A DNA stretch of 64,000 nucleotides from Asterias rubens (taxonomy: Eukaryota): contig NC_047066.1 of NCBI RefSeq assembly GCF_902459465.1, positions 16,678,001 through 16,742,000 on the forward strand, written 5' to 3'. Made by a program: the position numbers and the translations under genes. The notes beneath the pieces are model-generated. The model did no database searches, had not been told where the DNA came from, and saw only the letters and a list, made by a program, of their open reading frames with translations. Positions 12,388 through 25,044 of this stretch are shown here, piece after piece (the stretch's first letter is position 1; every line of letters begins with the position of its first letter).

Positions 12388-13493
12388 GCATAAAAACCCT
12401 GGTCTATTTAGGAATAACAGTGCGAGGACCTGGTCTTCACTACGTGGTATTGACCAAGTTGGTGGCTGGCCACTGCTAATGGACCGTACCTGAAGACCGA
12501 GTCCGAACACTGTTATTTCTATTAAACTGCTAAAATTTTCCAAAGTATGTGGCTTTTCTTGCAGTGATACGCCAGACGTTCGTGAAAATGTTCAGGGGCC
12601 CTATTCTAGTTTTCGATGGCTCCCATCTCTTTCGTGCATTAGTCACATTACTGATACTTTGAGACCGATGACTTTGTAAGAATAATCTGTTGTTGGTTTT
12701 CCGGAGGGGTGCATTTGCATTTTGGATTTTAGGCAATTCCACACTAATGGGGACAAAAGTGTGACATGGAAGGGGAATGTTGGAGAGTAACAAAATTATG
12801 TTGTCATGGTTTTTTTGTTTGTGTACATTCAGAAGCACATGAGGATTGTGGTTTTTTTTTAAAAAGGGTAAATGACTGAGAAACTGGAAGGATAAGTCTT
12901 CAAGATTTATACGTACAATGTATGTAACAAGGACAGACATTTTGGTTATCATTTGATAGAAGTAAATTATATGTTTTGCCCAATGTTGTCCAGATACCAA
13001 TTCTACAGACCCTTAGGGATATTATTTACCAGCAAAAATTTAAGAAAATTCTTCCCTGGCTGTTTAAGATAAGTTTTAAAAACACGTACGTGTACAAACA
13101 AGGACAGAATTTTTTCACAAAAGTGTCTATTGTTCGTACGTGACTTATTTCCGATTTTGTTTGTCTTAATACCCACAGCAACATCTAAATTTTATTGCTT
13201 ACAGTCTTTAAGAGACAGAAAAGTTACTAACACAAATATTTTATAATTGTTATAAATTTCTTTCTTTCCAGACCATATGTCTGTCTTTGATTCATACGTA
13301 ACACATTTCAAATGACCTTGTAAATCCTAGAAGTGCAGAGTTGTTTTTTTTACTACGAACAATCATAACCAGATTTAAAATGTAAAGGAAAAGACTTAGT
13401 GTTAATAAAAAAAATGTTTTCTTTTCAGAGTTGCACAACTGCTGAACAAAGTACCTGCTCAAACACATCGTTGTTTGAAAACGCATCAATGAA

Positions 13494-13732
13494 ATGACTG
13501 ATCAGTTACAAGAGTACTTTGATCGCTCATTGGAGTTTAACAACCAAGTGCTTATAATCAAGCAGTGCTCCAGTGGGGATGTTGGATGTGTTGTTTGGGA
13601 TGCTGCCTTAGTCTTGCTGAAATTCATGGAATCAGACTTTTTCAAGTCCAAACATGAGACTTTGGAACAAAAGCATGTGATTGAATTGGGAAGTGGAACT
13701 GGAGCAGTTGGACTGGCAGCAAGTTTACTGGG
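13494..13732 (+). CDS. VCPKMT: Protein-lysine methyltransferase METTL21D (VCP lysine methyltransferase), exon 1
   Basis: SSGDVGCVVWDAALVL and VIELGSGTGAVGLAA match VCPKMT and SAM-binding motif I. Donor GG|GTTAGT, phase 2. Confidence 0.93.
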
Positions 13733-14039
13733 GTTAGTAGTCTGCTATTTGGTTAGAAAGAAATGTACATTATAATTGTCTTTACACTGCCTGAATACAC
13801 TGTACAATAGCCCTGGATGACCATCGTGTTTGCATTAATAGTACATTTGTAGTCAATTCTTGGGTTCATAGGATTTTTTCCAATCAAAGAATTTGTTCCA
13901 AACAAAATTTGTTCCATACTAAAAGCTGTGAATTTCATCTCGTAAAATATTTTGCTCATGGATAAACTTATGCGGTACCATTTTAAAACAGATTTTGAGT
14001 AAATACATCGTTTGGATGGATTTGGTGTAAAGCATACAT

Positions 14040-14270
14040 GTCAAAGAACCCAGTGCACTTTTCGAAAAGAGAAGGGGTTCGCCCCGGTATTCCTGGCTAT
14101 GGCTGCTGTTTGTGCCGTAGCACCTTGTAAACCCTTATAAGGTGCTAAAACATTGAGTCTCAGAATTCATCACTGCAATTACCCATCTTTCTGAAAGTTT
14201 GTATAAACTCAGCGCCTTGAGTATCCTTGTTTACGTGCGCTATAATATAAGACTTTGATATTGATATTGA
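14040..14270 (+). mobile_element. SINE-like fragment with L2-type 3' end
   Basis: It ends GTGCGCTATAATATAAGAC followed by a (TTGATA)n-like tail, resembling L2-mobilised SINE tails. The head is not resolved. Confidence 0.4.
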
Positions 14271-14978
14271 TTGATACCAATTTATTACTGGTTACCAATT
14301 TACTCTAATTAAACTTTCTCATAACTGTTATTGTATCTATCTTGATAATTCAGCATATGATAAATGAAGGTGGTGTCTAAATTTGACCAGTTTATTGATG
14401 GATCTACATGTCACCTAAAACTACATGTGTGTAGCTAGTCCAGCTGGGTCTCTAAACCCACAGCATCCTGTCAACTTGCAAAGTTACATCAATGTTTCAA
14501 GCAGGTGCTTAGGTTTGTGCGGAGAGAGAAACTTTTGTAATCATACACACAGTTTTGTTAACAATAGTCTCCTGGAGTTTTGGGGGGCAATGCTTTAATG
14601 ATAAGGATTTTGCCAGAATGCCAATCAGTATTTAGTTATTACACAAGATTATGTGCGAGTTACACATACATCAGGCATGATGTTTGTTTACTTTAGTCTG
14701 TTTTGCACTCATAAAAGCAGTTATTAATAATGTTTGAAAGTCTATTAGAACCTACAACTTGTGTACATAAAAGTCAGATCTTGTACTCAAAAAACGGTCC
14801 CAATTTGTCTCCAAGGACCAATTTAAAGGCAGAATATTGAACTGAAATACATGTTGGACAGACCATCAAATTTTTTTGGCCATCACGTCGTCAACTGTTG
14901 CCAAGGGCTAACTACATTTGACAACTTATCATGGTCAGTTCACTAGGCGCTTCACTTTGACTAAATGATAGCATGCGG

Positions 14979-17206
14979 ACTTGCCCTCTGCTAAACAAGA
15001 TGTTTGCAACCATGTCAGTGTGTATATGTACCAATAATACTTGCCCTCTGCTAAACAAGATGTTGGCAACCATGTCAGTGTGTATATGTACCAATAATAC
15101 TTGCCCTCTGCTAAACAAGATGTTGGCAACCATGTCAGTGTGTATATGTACCAATAATACTTGCCCTCTGCTAAACAGATGTTTGCAACCATGTCAGTGT
15201 GTATATGTACCAATAATACTTGCCCTCTGCTAAACAAGATGTTGGCAACCATGTCAGTGTGTATATGTACCAATAATACTTGCCCTCTGCTAAACAAGAT
15301 GTTTGCAACCATGTCAGTGTGTATATGTACCAATAATACTTGCCCTCTGCTAAAGAAGATGTTGGCAACCATGTCAGTGTGTATATGTACCAATAATACT
15401 TGCCCTCTGCTAAAGAAGATGTTTGCAACCATGTCAGTGTGTATATGTACCAATAATACTTGCCCTCTGCTAAAGAAGATGTTGGCAACCATGTCAGTGT
15501 GTATATGTACCAATAATACTTGCCCTCTGCTAAACAAGATGTTTGCAACCATGTCAGTGTGTATATGTACCAATAATACTTGCCCTCTGCTAAAGAAGAT
15601 GTTGGCAACCATGTCAGTGTGTATATGTACCAATAATACTTGCCCTCTGCTAAAGAAGATGTTGGCAACCATGTCAGTGTGTATATGTACCAATAATACT
15701 TGCCCTCTGCTAAAGAAGATGTTGGCAACCATGTCAGTGTGTATATGTACCAATAATACTTGCCCTCTGCTAAAGAAGATGTTGGCAACCATGTCAGTGT
15801 GTATATGTACCAATAATACCTGCCCTCTGCTAAAGAAGATGTTGGCAACCATGTCAGTGTGTATATGTACCAATAATACTTGCCCTCTGCTAAAGAAGAT
15901 GTTGGCAACCATGTCAGTGTGTATATGTACCAATTATACTTGCCCTCTGCTAAAGAAGATGTTGGCAACCATGTCAGTGTGTATATGTACCAATTATACT
16001 TGCCCTCTGCTAAAGAAGATGTTGGCAACCATGTCAGTGTGTATATGTACCAATAATACTTGCCCTCTGCTAAAGAAGATGTTGGCAACCATGTCAGTGT
16101 GTATATGTACCAATAATACTTGCCCTCTGCTAAAGAAGATGTTGGCAACCATGTCAGTGTGTATATGTACCAATAATACTTGCCCTCTGCTAAAGAAGAT
16201 GTTGGCAACCATGTCAGTGTGTATATGTACCAATAATACTTGCCCTCTGCTAAAGAAGATGTTGGCAACCATGTCAGTGTGTATATGTACCAATTATACT
16301 TGCCCTCTGCTAAAGAAGATGTTGGCAACCATGTCAGTGTGTATATGTACCAATTATACACTTGCCCTCTGCTAAAGAAGATGTTGGCAACCATGTCAGT
16401 GTGTATATGTACCAATAATACTTGCCCTCTGCTAAAGAAGATGTTGGCAACCATGTCAGTGTGTATATGTACCAATAATACTTGCCCTCTGCTAAAGAAG
16501 ATGTTGGCAACCATGTCAGTGTGTATATGTACCAATAATACTTGCCCTCTGCTAAAGAAGATGTTGGCAACCATGTCAGTGTGTATATGTACCAATAATA
16601 CTTGCCCTCTGCTAAAGAAGATGTTGGCAACCATGTCAGTGTGTATATGTACCAATTATACTTGCCCTCTGCTAAAGAAGATGTTGGCAACCATGTCAGT
16701 GTGTATATGTACCAATAATACTTGCCCTCTGCTAAAGAAGATGTTGGCAACCATGTCAGTGTGTATATGTACCAATAATACTTGCCCTCTGCTAAACAAG
16801 ATGTTGGCAACCATGTCAGTGTGTATATGTACCAATTATACTTGCCCTCTGCTAAACAAGATGTTTGCAACCATGTCAGCGTGTATATGTACCAATAATA
16901 CTTGCCCTCTGCTAAAGAAGATGTTGGCAACCATGTCAGTGTGTATATGTACCAATAATACTTGCCCTCTGCTAAAGAAGATGTTGGCAACCATGTCAGT
17001 GTGTATATGTACCAATTATACTTGCCCTCTGCTAAAGAAGATGTTGGCAACCATGTAAGTGTGTATATGTACCAATTATACTTGCCCTCTGCTAAAGAAG
17101 ATGTTGGCAACCATGTCAGTGTGTATATGTACCAATTATACTTGCCCTCTGCTAAAGAAGATGTTTGCAACCATGTCAGTGTGTATATGTACCAATAATA
17201 CTTGCC
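14979..17206. repeat. 60-bp tandem array, about 37 copies, in VCPKMT intron 1
   Basis: Unit TTGCCCTCTGCTAAAGAAGATGTTGGCAACCATGTCAGTGTGTATATGTACCAATAATAC, with a few variant positions. One unit is 59 bp (~15178) and one is 62 bp (~16358). Confidence 0.98.
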
Positions 17207-17222
17207 TCTTGTTTATATTCAG

Positions 17223-17333
17223 AGCTAACGTGACCATCACAGATCTTGAGGAATTTGTGCCTTTGATGCAGTTGAACGTAAATACCAACGAAGCCCTCGT
17301 CAAAGGTTCCCTGATGGCAAAAACACTCAAATG
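17223..17333 (+). CDS. VCPKMT: VCPKMT exon 2
   Basis: Acceptor TTCAG|, translation (G)ANVTITDLEEFVPLMQLNVNTNEALVKGSLMAKTLK(W), donor TG|GTTAGT. Confidence 0.92.
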
Positions 17334-18514
17334 GTTAGTTGGCATTTTGCAAGAAATTTATTGAAATGTACTCTGAATATTTCATGTGACCGTATACATT
17401 CTTGGGTCTTTCTACCAGGCAAGATACTGCACTAGTCATACGGGGAAGTTTAGATTGTGTGTCATAATTTCCACAATAATCAAAGAGTTAGGCTATAAAG
17501 TAACAATTGAACACACTTTTAGATTGCCCCCTTTCATCATATCAAAAGTTGATAAAATTAGACAGTGCAATCTCTGTAAAAAAATTATGTTTTCTTCCAT
17601 TTAGCTGTGAAAAAATTGTGCCTGCAGGAAGTGGTTGCTCTTTTGTTAACATGTGATGTCACAGGTCACATCGTCTATAGACTTTAGTATTTTTGGGAAG
17701 AATGGGAAAAGGTTGTGTCTCTGCAGAGCTGTTGGAAATGCAGTACAGTTACAGCACTGAAGCAATGCAGTAAACAAGTGTCAATCAGAGGTTAACCAGA
17801 GGTAGTTCAAATTAATCATATTCAATACTTCAATAGCAAAAGAAATGTTTCCTTATTCAATTTTGGGCACTTTTTAAAAGATAATAATTGATTCATTCAT
17901 TATGCGCAAGATTCATACAAAATATGCACAGATGCGCATTACAATAGTAAAAAAGTACAGGATGTTAACAATTATTTTAAAAAAATTTAAAATGGAATAT
18001 TTACACAGCAAAATACAAGAACAATAGTAAAAAACTATCAACAGAAATTAAACATCAGCCAGGAAACGGCTGTATCAAAAACTAACAAAAAGCCTGCCGA
18101 AATAACTGGTTCTTGAGCAACATTTTGAAGGTACCTGTATTATTGGTGATCCTGATGGCACGTGGGAGAGCATGCCAAAGTTTAGGGCCAACACACTTAA
18201 AAGTGCCATCTCCGAGATGCCAAGATACCATGCATTTTTTAGCTGTCATAAGTATATTTTATTATGTTTGTAATTCATTCCTGACTTCACATGATGAATG
18301 AATTTAGAACAAGTATGACAATGTAAACAAATTTTTACTTAATTGTAAGATCTCTCTAGTATTGTTATATTTTCAAAATTATATCTTGAATTCTTATCTG
18401 GTATGCTTCTGAAAAACATTATTTAGCATTAATTTGCATTCCTAATCCTTAACTTGAACAAAACAACTATTGATTTATTTATTTGTTAATCCAATTTCCT
18501 GTGCTGATTTTTAG

Positions 18515-18587
18515 GGGTGGTTCAGTGCAGGAGTTCTTACCTCACCCTGACTTCATTCTACTGTCGGATTGTGTCTACTATTTACAG
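18515..18587 (+). CDS. VCPKMT: VCPKMT exon 3
   Basis: Acceptor TTTAG|, translation (W)GGSVQEFLPHPDFILLSDCVYYLQ (PDFIL.xDC.YY motif), donor CAG|GTAATT. Confidence 0.92.
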
Positions 18588-18974
18588 GTAATTGTAATCT
18601 CTTTCATGCACATTATATTTGTTTCAAAATCCTGCAGCAAATTGACTTTTTGAACAAAATGCAGTTTTCTGGCTAGACATTAAATTAAAGGTGTTCCTTT
18701 ATAAAAATCATTCATTCTTTTATTTAAGTGGGCGTCAACTGTCTTCTTATGATCAATTTTAAAAGTGCCCAATCAACAAACCGTAAGACAACAAGGAGAT
18801 AAAAAAACAGAGTTTTGTGTTTGGTTTTTCATGCGGGACATCGTTTTGAATATTTAGTTAGTCCAAAGGGCTTCTGAAATTCAGTCTATTTGGGCCTTTT
18901 CTTTTCATGTCCACACACTAGATGTTGTGTTTCAGCCAGAACTGAACACAGCTCCTAGCAATATCATTGTTCTC

Positions 18975-19260
18975 TGCAAGGTCCTCAATTCTGTGATTCA
19001 CGCTCCAGTAGGGAGCATGTTAGGAGGTGATTCATAGTTTGTGGCTCTGTCGCACATTTACAGGTCACGTCTTTAGGGTCTACAATCCCGGCCAAATCTT
19101 GTTGGGCTCCCATGCCCCCTTTCAATGTTGGTTCCAATTGCCGATTGTGTTCTGAGTAACAGCCAACATTGAGCGGGAGGCGGGAGGCGGGGGACAAATG
19201 TTTTGAATGTGAATGGGAAGTGCACAGGGAATTGTTGTACACAACGTTAGGAAATGGGTG
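18975..19260 (-). mobile_element. LINE ORF2 C-terminal (CCHC) fragment
   Basis: DVTCKCATEPQTMNHLLTCSLL is the C-terminal zinc-knuckle motif of I/Jockey-like ORF2. Confidence 0.6.
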
Positions 19261-20068
19261 GCCCAAGCATTTTGGCCGGGATTGTCTGAGGGTATTTTTT
19301 TGATTTTTAATATGCAAATAATGCTTGAAAAAGATTATGAATGTCCAAAAACAGTGAATGTTCATTTAGCGGTGAGTAGGGCGTGAAAACCAAAATGGCA
19401 TTTAAAAGTGATTATTTTATGGGTATGGTGCCAGTGCATTGTGTTATTAGTAACTTGAATACCCTCTGTTTGGCACTAAGCAACTCGTACCAGAGTGCAT
19501 TGTGTTACATGTATTTTATTGCCCTCTCTTTGCGCTAAGCAAAATATTTTACAACTGCTTTTCTCACACTGCATATTCATGCTCGCTAAAATGGACTCCT
19601 TGACATGACTTTGCTTTACTCGCTTTTGTATTGTCCTAATTGATATGACAACTTTTAAAGAGTATCGGAATAAAGAGAACGGACTAGAGATCAAATGTAA
19701 ACTCTCTGCTTCACCTTCACTGTATATATTCCGTGTATACCATTCACATGTGCTTTTACCCATGATGCACCTGAGGGGTGCGGGCGTACAAATCATATTG
19801 CACGTAGGCCATTACATCCCTCCTTAAGTTGGATTTAAAAAAACATGTTAATCAAAAGGCGCTTAACAATTAACAACAAACGATTTGCGCAAACAAATAA
19901 GGTTGAAAGTTGAATTAAAGTTCCAGTTCTTCCTGTTAATCAAAAGGCGCTTAACATTTAACAACAAACGATTTGCGCAAACAAGTAAGGTTGAAAGTTG
20001 AATTAAAGTTCCAGTTCTTCCTGTTATTTTGTGATTGTCAAGGTGTATACAGTTAACTGTAGATTAGT

Positions 20069-22606
20069 TTATTTGACCACATAGTCCTCAAGATATTTGG
20101 GGGTTTTGCGAATGCGAGTCGGTCGATTGTGCGATTGCTGAGTAGTAGTTTGTGCTGGTACGGTAGGTGGCACTGAAGGCGGTGTTTCTGCTGTGATGTC
20201 GGGGGTGTTAGGTGGAGTGTAATCCTTCTCCTCTTCAATTTCAATGTAATCGTGTCGGTAGCTGTTGTTGGAGTCTGAGGGAATGCCCTTAAAACGTGAG
20301 GAATTCCGAGTGATGTTGTGGCCATTTGCAGAGGCGGTGATCATGCTGCCTTTCCTTGCGGTGACACTGTATGGCTGGGGGTCAAATGGTGTGGAGAGTT
20401 TGGATGATTTAGTGTCATGTTTCACAAGGACAGTGTCACCGACTGCGATGTCGTTTTGTCGGGTATTCAAACGAATGTCGGCGTAGCGTTTCTGCGTGGA
20501 TTTTGCCTGCTCGTCGTTCACGCGAGCTTGATGATCTAATGTAGATGGATTGTTTAGGTCGATCTGTGGGAGTCGTGTGCGTGGCTCGCGTCCGAACATT
20601 AGTTGGTATGGCGTGAACCCAGTGGATGGGTGTGGTGTGGCTCGATACTGCCGAAGGTACTTGTAAAGCTCCTGCCTCCAAGATTTGTGTTCAAGATGAG
20701 CAGTACGAACAAGTTTCATCAGCGGTTTGTTGAATGCCTCAGCCTGTGCGTTGGCCCGCGGCCAGTGAGGTGTGATGCGGCGATGTTTGAAACCGCTGTG
20801 TTCTGCGAATTTCGCGAAAGCGTGCGAGTTGAATGGGCTGCCATTGTCGGTTTTGATTACTTTGCAGCAGCCGAATGTTGACAGTACTTTGTCCAAAACA
20901 GGGATAACTGTGTTTGCAGATACGGACTTCACAATTTCAACGTTTGGGTATCTAGAGTTCTCGTCCATGATGACCATAAGGTATTCCCCTGTTGGTAGCG
21001 GTCCACAGAAATCCATGCTCAGATTTTGCCATGCTCCTGGCGGCAAATCTGACATGCGAAGTGGCTCGAAGGGCCCTGGCTTACTGTAGGCGGATTGACA
21101 TGCAAGGCATTTGTGTATTGTTTGTTCGCCTCTCTCATTTATTCCTGGGAACCAGACCTTTGACCGTATCATGGCTTTCGTTCGTGCCATGCCTTGGTGA
21201 CCTTCGTGTGCGATAGAGACTGCCATGTCACGTAGTGATTGCGGAATCACAATCTTGTCGTTGCGTAGCAGGATGTTATTTACGGTGCATGTAAGTTCAT
21301 TCTTGCTGTTGTGGTATTGACGGAGTTCGTTTCTGTTGATAACGGGGTCAGTGATTTTTTCGATCTCGAACCAGCGGCTTGTTCCTACGAGGTCAATGGC
21401 TTTCATCAGGGTTGGGTCATGTAAGGTCGCTTCCTGGATGTCAGTAATGTTCATTGCGCGAGGGACTGATGTAGCCATAACAAAATTGACGTATTGTTCT
21501 GCAATGTTCTGTTCATGGGAGGTGTTTTTCGTTGAGTTGGGGGCCGGGTGACGCGATAGGTAATCGGCTGGATTTGAGTGTCCCGGACTGTATTTGATTG
21601 TGAGTTTGTGGGGTTGTAGTCTGAGACCCCATCGTTCGATGCATAGTGGTGGGTGCGTTTTCTGCCATATATTCACAAGAGGTTTGTGGTCAGTGGTGAC
21701 AATAAAGTGTGGTGTCCCGCGGATGTACATGTCGTAGTGTTCACACGCCCATACAATAGCAAGGGCTTCGCGTTCTGTTTGACTGTATCGGGATTCGACG
21801 GGAGTCAAAGCACGGCTCGCGTAAGCTACAACGCGTCCGTCCTGTGTCAGTATGGCCCCTAGGCCAACGGGGCTGGCATCCACTGCGATTTCAATGTCTT
21901 TGCGTATGTCGAAGTATGCGATGCTCGCGTCTTCAGTTAGGGCGTTTTGGAGCGTATCGAAGGCGTCCTGTTGCTCTTGGGACCAAGCCCACGGAATATT
22001 GCTCTTTGTGAGTCGTCTCAATGGCTCTCTGATTGTGGCATAGTTGCGGATGAAACGCGAGCTGTAATTTGTCATTCCAAGGAAGCTGCGTAATTCTTGT
22101 ACATTCTGTGGTGGTGGCGAGTCGCGTATGGTGTCCACTTTCTCTGGGTCTGGTGATACGCCATTTGGGCTGAACACAAGGCCGAAGAATTTTATGGTGT
22201 GCGTGTTGAATTCACATTTGTCCCAATTCATGGTGAGTCCATGGTCATGGAGGCGTGTTAGCGTTGCCTCTAGTGCTGCGTCGTGGTCACGTTGTGCGTT
22301 AGGACCTGATCCAAAACAGATGATGTCGTCACTGATGTTTCGAGCTCCCTCAATGCCAGAGATGACGTTGCGAATTGCCTCTTGGAAGATCTCGCTTGCC
22401 GACGAGATTCCGAAGTTCATGCGTTTATAGCGATAGAGCCCCATGTGTGTGTGGAACGTAGTAATGTATCGCGAACTTGGTTCGAGTTCGAGTTGGTGGT
22501 AGCCTGAGCGAAGATCAAGCTTACTGAAAACCGATGCACCATTGAGATCATGGATCAGTTCGTTTACTGTTGGCGTGCTGTGGCGTTCCCGCTTTGTTTG
22601 GCTCAC
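20069..22606 (-). CDS. Gypsy pol: RT-RNase H-integrase open frame (845 aa)
   Basis: FSKLDLRSGYHQ, NISDDII, VDASPVGLGAIL, HEGHQG..CLAC, DFCGP, TDNGSPF and AQAEAFN. Confidence 0.93.
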   Translation of the reverse strand: MSQTKRERHSTPTVNELIHDLNGASVFSKLDLRSGYHQLELEPSSRYITTFHTHMGLYRYKRMNFGISSASEIFQEAIRNVISGIEGARNISDDIICFGSGPNAQRDHDAALEATLTRLHDHGLTMNWDKCEFNTHTIKFFGLVFSPNGVSPDPEKVDTIRDSPPPQNVQELRSFLGMTNYSSRFIRNYATIREPLRRLTKSNIPWAWSQEQQDAFDTLQNALTEDASIAYFDIRKDIEIAVDASPVGLGAILTQDGRVVAYASRALTPVESRYSQTEREALAIVWACEHYDMYIRGTPHFIVTTDHKPLVNIWQKTHPPLCIERWGLRLQPHKLTIKYSPGHSNPADYLSRHPAPNSTKNTSHEQNIAEQYVNFVMATSVPRAMNITDIQEATLHDPTLMKAIDLVGTSRWFEIEKITDPVINRNELRQYHNSKNELTCTVNNILLRNDKIVIPQSLRDMAVSIAHEGHQGMARTKAMIRSKVWFPGINERGEQTIHKCLACQSAYSKPGPFEPLRMSDLPPGAWQNLSMDFCGPLPTGEYLMVIMDENSRYPNVEIVKSVSANTVIPVLDKVLSTFGCCKVIKTDNGSPFNSHAFAKFAEHSGFKHRRITPHWPRANAQAEAFNKPLMKLVRTAHLEHKSWRQELYKYLRQYRATPHPSTGFTPYQLMFGREPRTRLPQIDLNNPSTLDHQARVNDEQAKSTQKRYADIRLNTRQNDIAVGDTVLVKHDTKSSKLSTPFDPQPYSVTARKGSMITASANGHNITRNSSRFKGIPSDSNNSYRHDYIEIEEEKDYTPPNTPDITAETPPSVPPTVPAQTTTQQSHNRPTRIRKTPKYLEDYVVK

Positions 22607-24139
22607 GCATGTCTACACATAAGCGTATCGAACCATCTTTCTTGGGGGGCGTCACAATTGGGGATACCCATGGAGTTGGCTCACCGAGCACATGCTCAAT
22701 GATGTCTTGTTGTTCCAGACGTTTGAGTTCCGTTTCCAGTTGTTTTCTGAGGTGGAAGGGCGTACGGCGATTGGTGATTGCCTTAGGTTTAACTGTTTTG
22801 TCCACGTGAAGTTTAATTTGAGTGTCTTTTAGCTTGCCAATGTCAGTGAAAAGTCCAGGGTATTTTTCCCGGCACTTGTCCTTGTATGTTGCGGTATGTA
22901 CGACGTGAATGAGTTGGAGCTTGGTTGCCGTCTCGTAGCCAAGCAGAGAACCATGATTGCCTTGCGCGATCAAGAATCGGTGAGTCTGTATCAAGGATGC
23001 TGTTTCCACTGTAAGGACGCATTCACATAGTATGTGTATTGGGGTATCCTCACCATAAGCATGTACCTTTGCCTGTCTGTGGCGTTTGATGGGTGGGCTG
23101 CCCACGTTTGCGTATGTGCGCTGGTCGAGAATGTTCACAGTAGAGCCCGTGTCAAGCAAGAGTCGGATTTCGTGGTTGTTCACTTTGACAGGGGCAGTGG
23201 GTAGTGACAGTGTGTACAATGTATGTTTGTCGTGCACTCCATAGCTGTATTCGTCTGCACTGGAGTCCGACTGTTGAGCGCTAGTGTTTTGTGCCAGGTC
23301 TTCATGTTCTTGTATGTTATGAATGGCCCTGTCTTTTTTGCGTTTGATGCAGGCCCGCTGGAAGTGATTTGGTTTGCCACAATAGTTACAAGTTTGCCCC
23401 TGTGCTGGGCATGTCCCACTATGGGGGTAGCTACCACCACAATAAATACAGAGCTTACCTGGTTGTTGCGTAGCTTTTGGGTTGTGCTGTGTCGAGCGTG
23501 TAGGTCCACTGGCATTGTTAGCGGTTCTGGCTTGCGGTCGTTTTCCGTTGTTGTTGTTGGTGTATTTTGGCTTCATTGTATGGACGGTCTCGCGCTCCAT
23601 AGCAGTGGCCTGTGTGTCAGCCATCTCAAGTGTGCGCCCGATGTCAATGATTTGTGTGAGAGTCTTATCCGGTTCCCGAAGAGCTCTACGGCGTAGTCGG
23701 TTGGAGGTGCAGTGCTGTATAATTTGTGTAAGGATTTCATATCGGTAGATGTGAACTCACATGTCTTGGATAGTGTTCGCAATTCCGTCCAGTGTTTGTC
23801 CCTCCTTTTGCTTGCAGGATCTGAATGTGTAAATCTCCATTTGCGTGTTCTTCTTTGGCTGAAAATATTTGTCGAATATTGTCTTAGTGTCGTCGTACGT
23901 GTTTCCTGTGTCATCCGTGTCTGTCTGCTTCTCTGCCTCGTAGATTTCATGTACTTGTTCGCCGGCGTAGTGGAGTAAGAGTGCTCGCTTCCTTTCCCCG
24001 TTCGTAATGTCCATGGCAGCAAATAAATTCTTGAGGCGTTTAACCCACTTTTCCCAACGGACTGGCACATTTGTTTTGTCTGACTCATATTCAAAAGATG
24101 GGAACGGTGGGAGGTAGTTTGCCATAATGATATGGGCAA
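22548..24139 (-). pseudogene. Gypsy gag (two CCHC knuckles), aspartic protease and start of RT, frameshifted
   Basis: CIYCGGSYPHSGTC, CNYCGKPNHFQRAC and LLDTGST. The gag N-terminus (RWEKWVKRLKNLF) is in another frame. Confidence 0.88.
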
Positions 24140-25044
24140 GAGAAAATGCTGTTGTCTTTCGATAGCAAAGTTCGCTTGAAATTGAATCCGTCCGTGTGCA
24201 CGTTGACACTTACATGTAGGCCCCCTACACTTTACAGTTATCGTTCAACAGTTCGCTATTGAAGTGTAGTCCAAAACGGCCTGAAATTTCACCAAATTGT
24301 AGTCGGAAAATCCAGTGTGGTGGGTCTGTATGGTAAACGTACGTATTGAAGATTGTACTCCTCGTCGCCAGTGTATTGTCCTAATTGATATGACAACTTT
24401 TAAAGAGTATCGGAATAAAGAGAACGGACTGGAGATCAAATGTAAACTCTCTGCTTCACCTTCACTGTATATATTCCGTGTATACCATTCACATGTGCTT
24501 TTACCCATGGTGCGGGTGTACAAATCATATTGCACGTAGGCCATTACAGCTTTTACAAATGAAACATAGCTATATTCATGGGTTAAACCTAAATTAATTA
24601 TTTAACTGTTGTTCGGTATTAAGTCCATAAAATAATATAAATGAAGACATGTTTAACTCTCAAAGTAGCCCATCCAAAACTTCATTGCCTTTCACTCTGA
24701 GGCGACAATGACGATTCCTGGCACGACCGCCTTGCGCCTGCGCACAATAATAATGTACCTGACCAACTTTTTTGGTTGCGTTCATGTCTGATGGTTTACC
24801 ACACGGTTCACTATAGCATTTTGACTGCTAACTTACCGTAAAATGATTTTTCTTCAACACGAAAAGGCCATTACAGTCCACAAACAACACATTACCTGTT
24901 GATATTCTTTTCAACCACCTCATTCATTTTTTAGACAGAAACTCAAACGGTTAACCCTTGATACCAAAATATAAAAGAAATTTAATTAATTTCCTTATTT
25001 ACTTTACTACGGTGAACTGCAATCGTTACCTTTAGTCTACTTTT

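Larger units (their letters stand above)
19627..24548 (-). mobile_element. Gypsy LTR retrotransposon (Mag-like), full-length with both LTRs, defective
   Basis: LTRs TG...CA at 19627-19816 and 24372-24548. 5-bp TSD GCTTT. PBS TGGCGACGAGGA (tRNA-Ser GCU-type) and PPT AAGGAGGGA. Gag, PR, RT, RH and INT domains are all present. Confidence 0.96.

Noticed and set aside
11500-13000. Possible divergent gene or transposase (CKHVMAL SWIM-like; THAP-like hints in ORF 12530-13000)
   Set aside because: The motifs are fragmentary, out of the expected order and interrupted by stops, and no consistent exon chain could be built.
14912-17198. Long repetitive ORFs (up to 494 aa) on both strands
   Set aside because: They arise because a 60-bp unit lacks stops in several frames. 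They lie in a VCPKMT intron and switch frame at unit indels.
12191-17206. Tandem arrays as CRISPR arrays
   Set aside because: The units are contiguous with no unique spacers, there are no cas genes, and the context is eukaryotic.
22548-22606. Programmed ribosomal frameshift between PR and RT
   Set aside because: The shift falls inside RT, conserved residues are missing at the junction, and no slippery heptamer is evident.
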